Both the position numbers and the translations under genes were made by a program. A DNA stretch of 64,000 nucleotides, taken from a virus. Shown one piece after another: positions 63,681-64,000 of the stretch. Position 1 is the stretch's first letter, and each line of letters opens with the position of its first letter. Under the pieces are notes generated by a model. That model was not told the DNA's origin. It made no database searches and worked only from the letters and a program-made list of their open reading frames with translations. Location of the stretch: IMG/VR virus record IMGVR_UViG_3300025707_000004; one strand, given 5' to 3'.

Positions 63681-63695
63681 TATTAGCCGGTAATA
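63681..63695. repeat. Palindrome copy 14, TATTAGCCGGTAATA (1 mismatch)
   Basis: Intergenic; nested within an outer CTTCGACA/TGTCGAAG inverted repeat. Confidence 0.85.
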
Positions 63696-63739
63696 CTCTA
63701 AGAACTGTCGAAGTAGCGCCTACCTGAAAGAGAGTGGTG

Positions 63740-64000
63740 ATGAACCAGTCGGTCAGAGACATGATTGAACGCCTCGGTGGCGCTCCCGAGTCTGCAAGCG
63801 TTCCTACGGATTCTGTCGTTGAGACGGATTACGTGGAGAAGCTGGCGTCGGCTTGCGAAGAGGTCCTGAGCACGGGCTTCGCCTTCACCGCTGATGCCCC
63901 GGCTGCTCCCACCTTCGACCCGCAGCTGGTCGTTGGGGGCGTTATCGCTCGCATGAAGGAGAAGCAGGCGTCGGTGGCCGATGACCGCCGGTCGCACATC
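63740..64000 (+). CDS. 3'-truncated protein (MNQSVRDMIERL...) with EKLAS and EKQAS motifs
   Basis: Translated by hand; open to the window end. Confidence 0.65.
   Translation, partial: MNQSVRDMIERLGGAPESASVPTDSVVETDYVEKLASACEEVLSTGFAFTADAPAAPTFDPQLVVGGVIARMKEKQASVADDRRSHI

Noticed and set aside
2090-63695. Palindromic repeats plus a Cas4-like nuclease as a CRISPR system
   Set aside because: Copies are kilobases apart and mostly intragenic; there is no repeat-spacer array and no cas1/cas2 or effector. Solo Cas4-like nucleases are common in phages.
1-64000. Stop-codon reassignment, tRNA genes, integrase or transposase
   Set aside because: Genes are full-length under the standard code with TAA, TAG and TGA all used as stops; no tRNA cloverleaf or recombinase/transposase motifs were seen by eye.
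62965-64000. Major capsid protein
   Set aside because: These ORFs are short and acidic or truncated, with no HK97-fold cues; the capsid gene probably lies beyond the window.

Overview
This 64 kb, GC-rich, gene-dense window is a piece of a large tailed dsDNA phage (probably jumbo, probably with a contractile tail). It is not a bacterial chromosome. There are three blocks. (1) 1-10659 (+): tail/baseplate and fibre genes, an M15 peptidase endolysin and an HNH endonuclease. (2) 10847-32369 (-): an early/replication arm with a set of related leftward promoters, small membrane peptides, a ~850-nt hairpin-rich ncRNA (GOLLD-like), a Tad1-like anti-Thoeris protein, a RuvC-like resolvase, a macrodomain-Cas4-like nuclease fusion, RecA, intein-containing PolA, putative SSB, primase, DnaB, a degenerate UDG, an SF2 helicase and an HTH protein. 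(3) 32463-64000 (+): a virion/late arm with a portal-like protein, a single-chain bacterial-type beta-beta' RNA polymerase with an intein, an SNF2-containing modular protein, an intein-containing terminase, a family of small basic Gly-zipper proteins, and a putative prohead protease. Two signals cut across genes. First, an AT-rich 15-bp palindrome, TATTAG-YCG-CTAATA, occurs at least 14 times, on average every ~4.7 kb, mostly inside coding sequence at the cost of rare codons. Second, a K-x-[AG]-[AS] peptide motif is pervasive in late proteins and sits at their domain boundaries, suggesting a protease-processing or capsid-targeting code. All family calls come from motifs recognised by eye; no searches were run.
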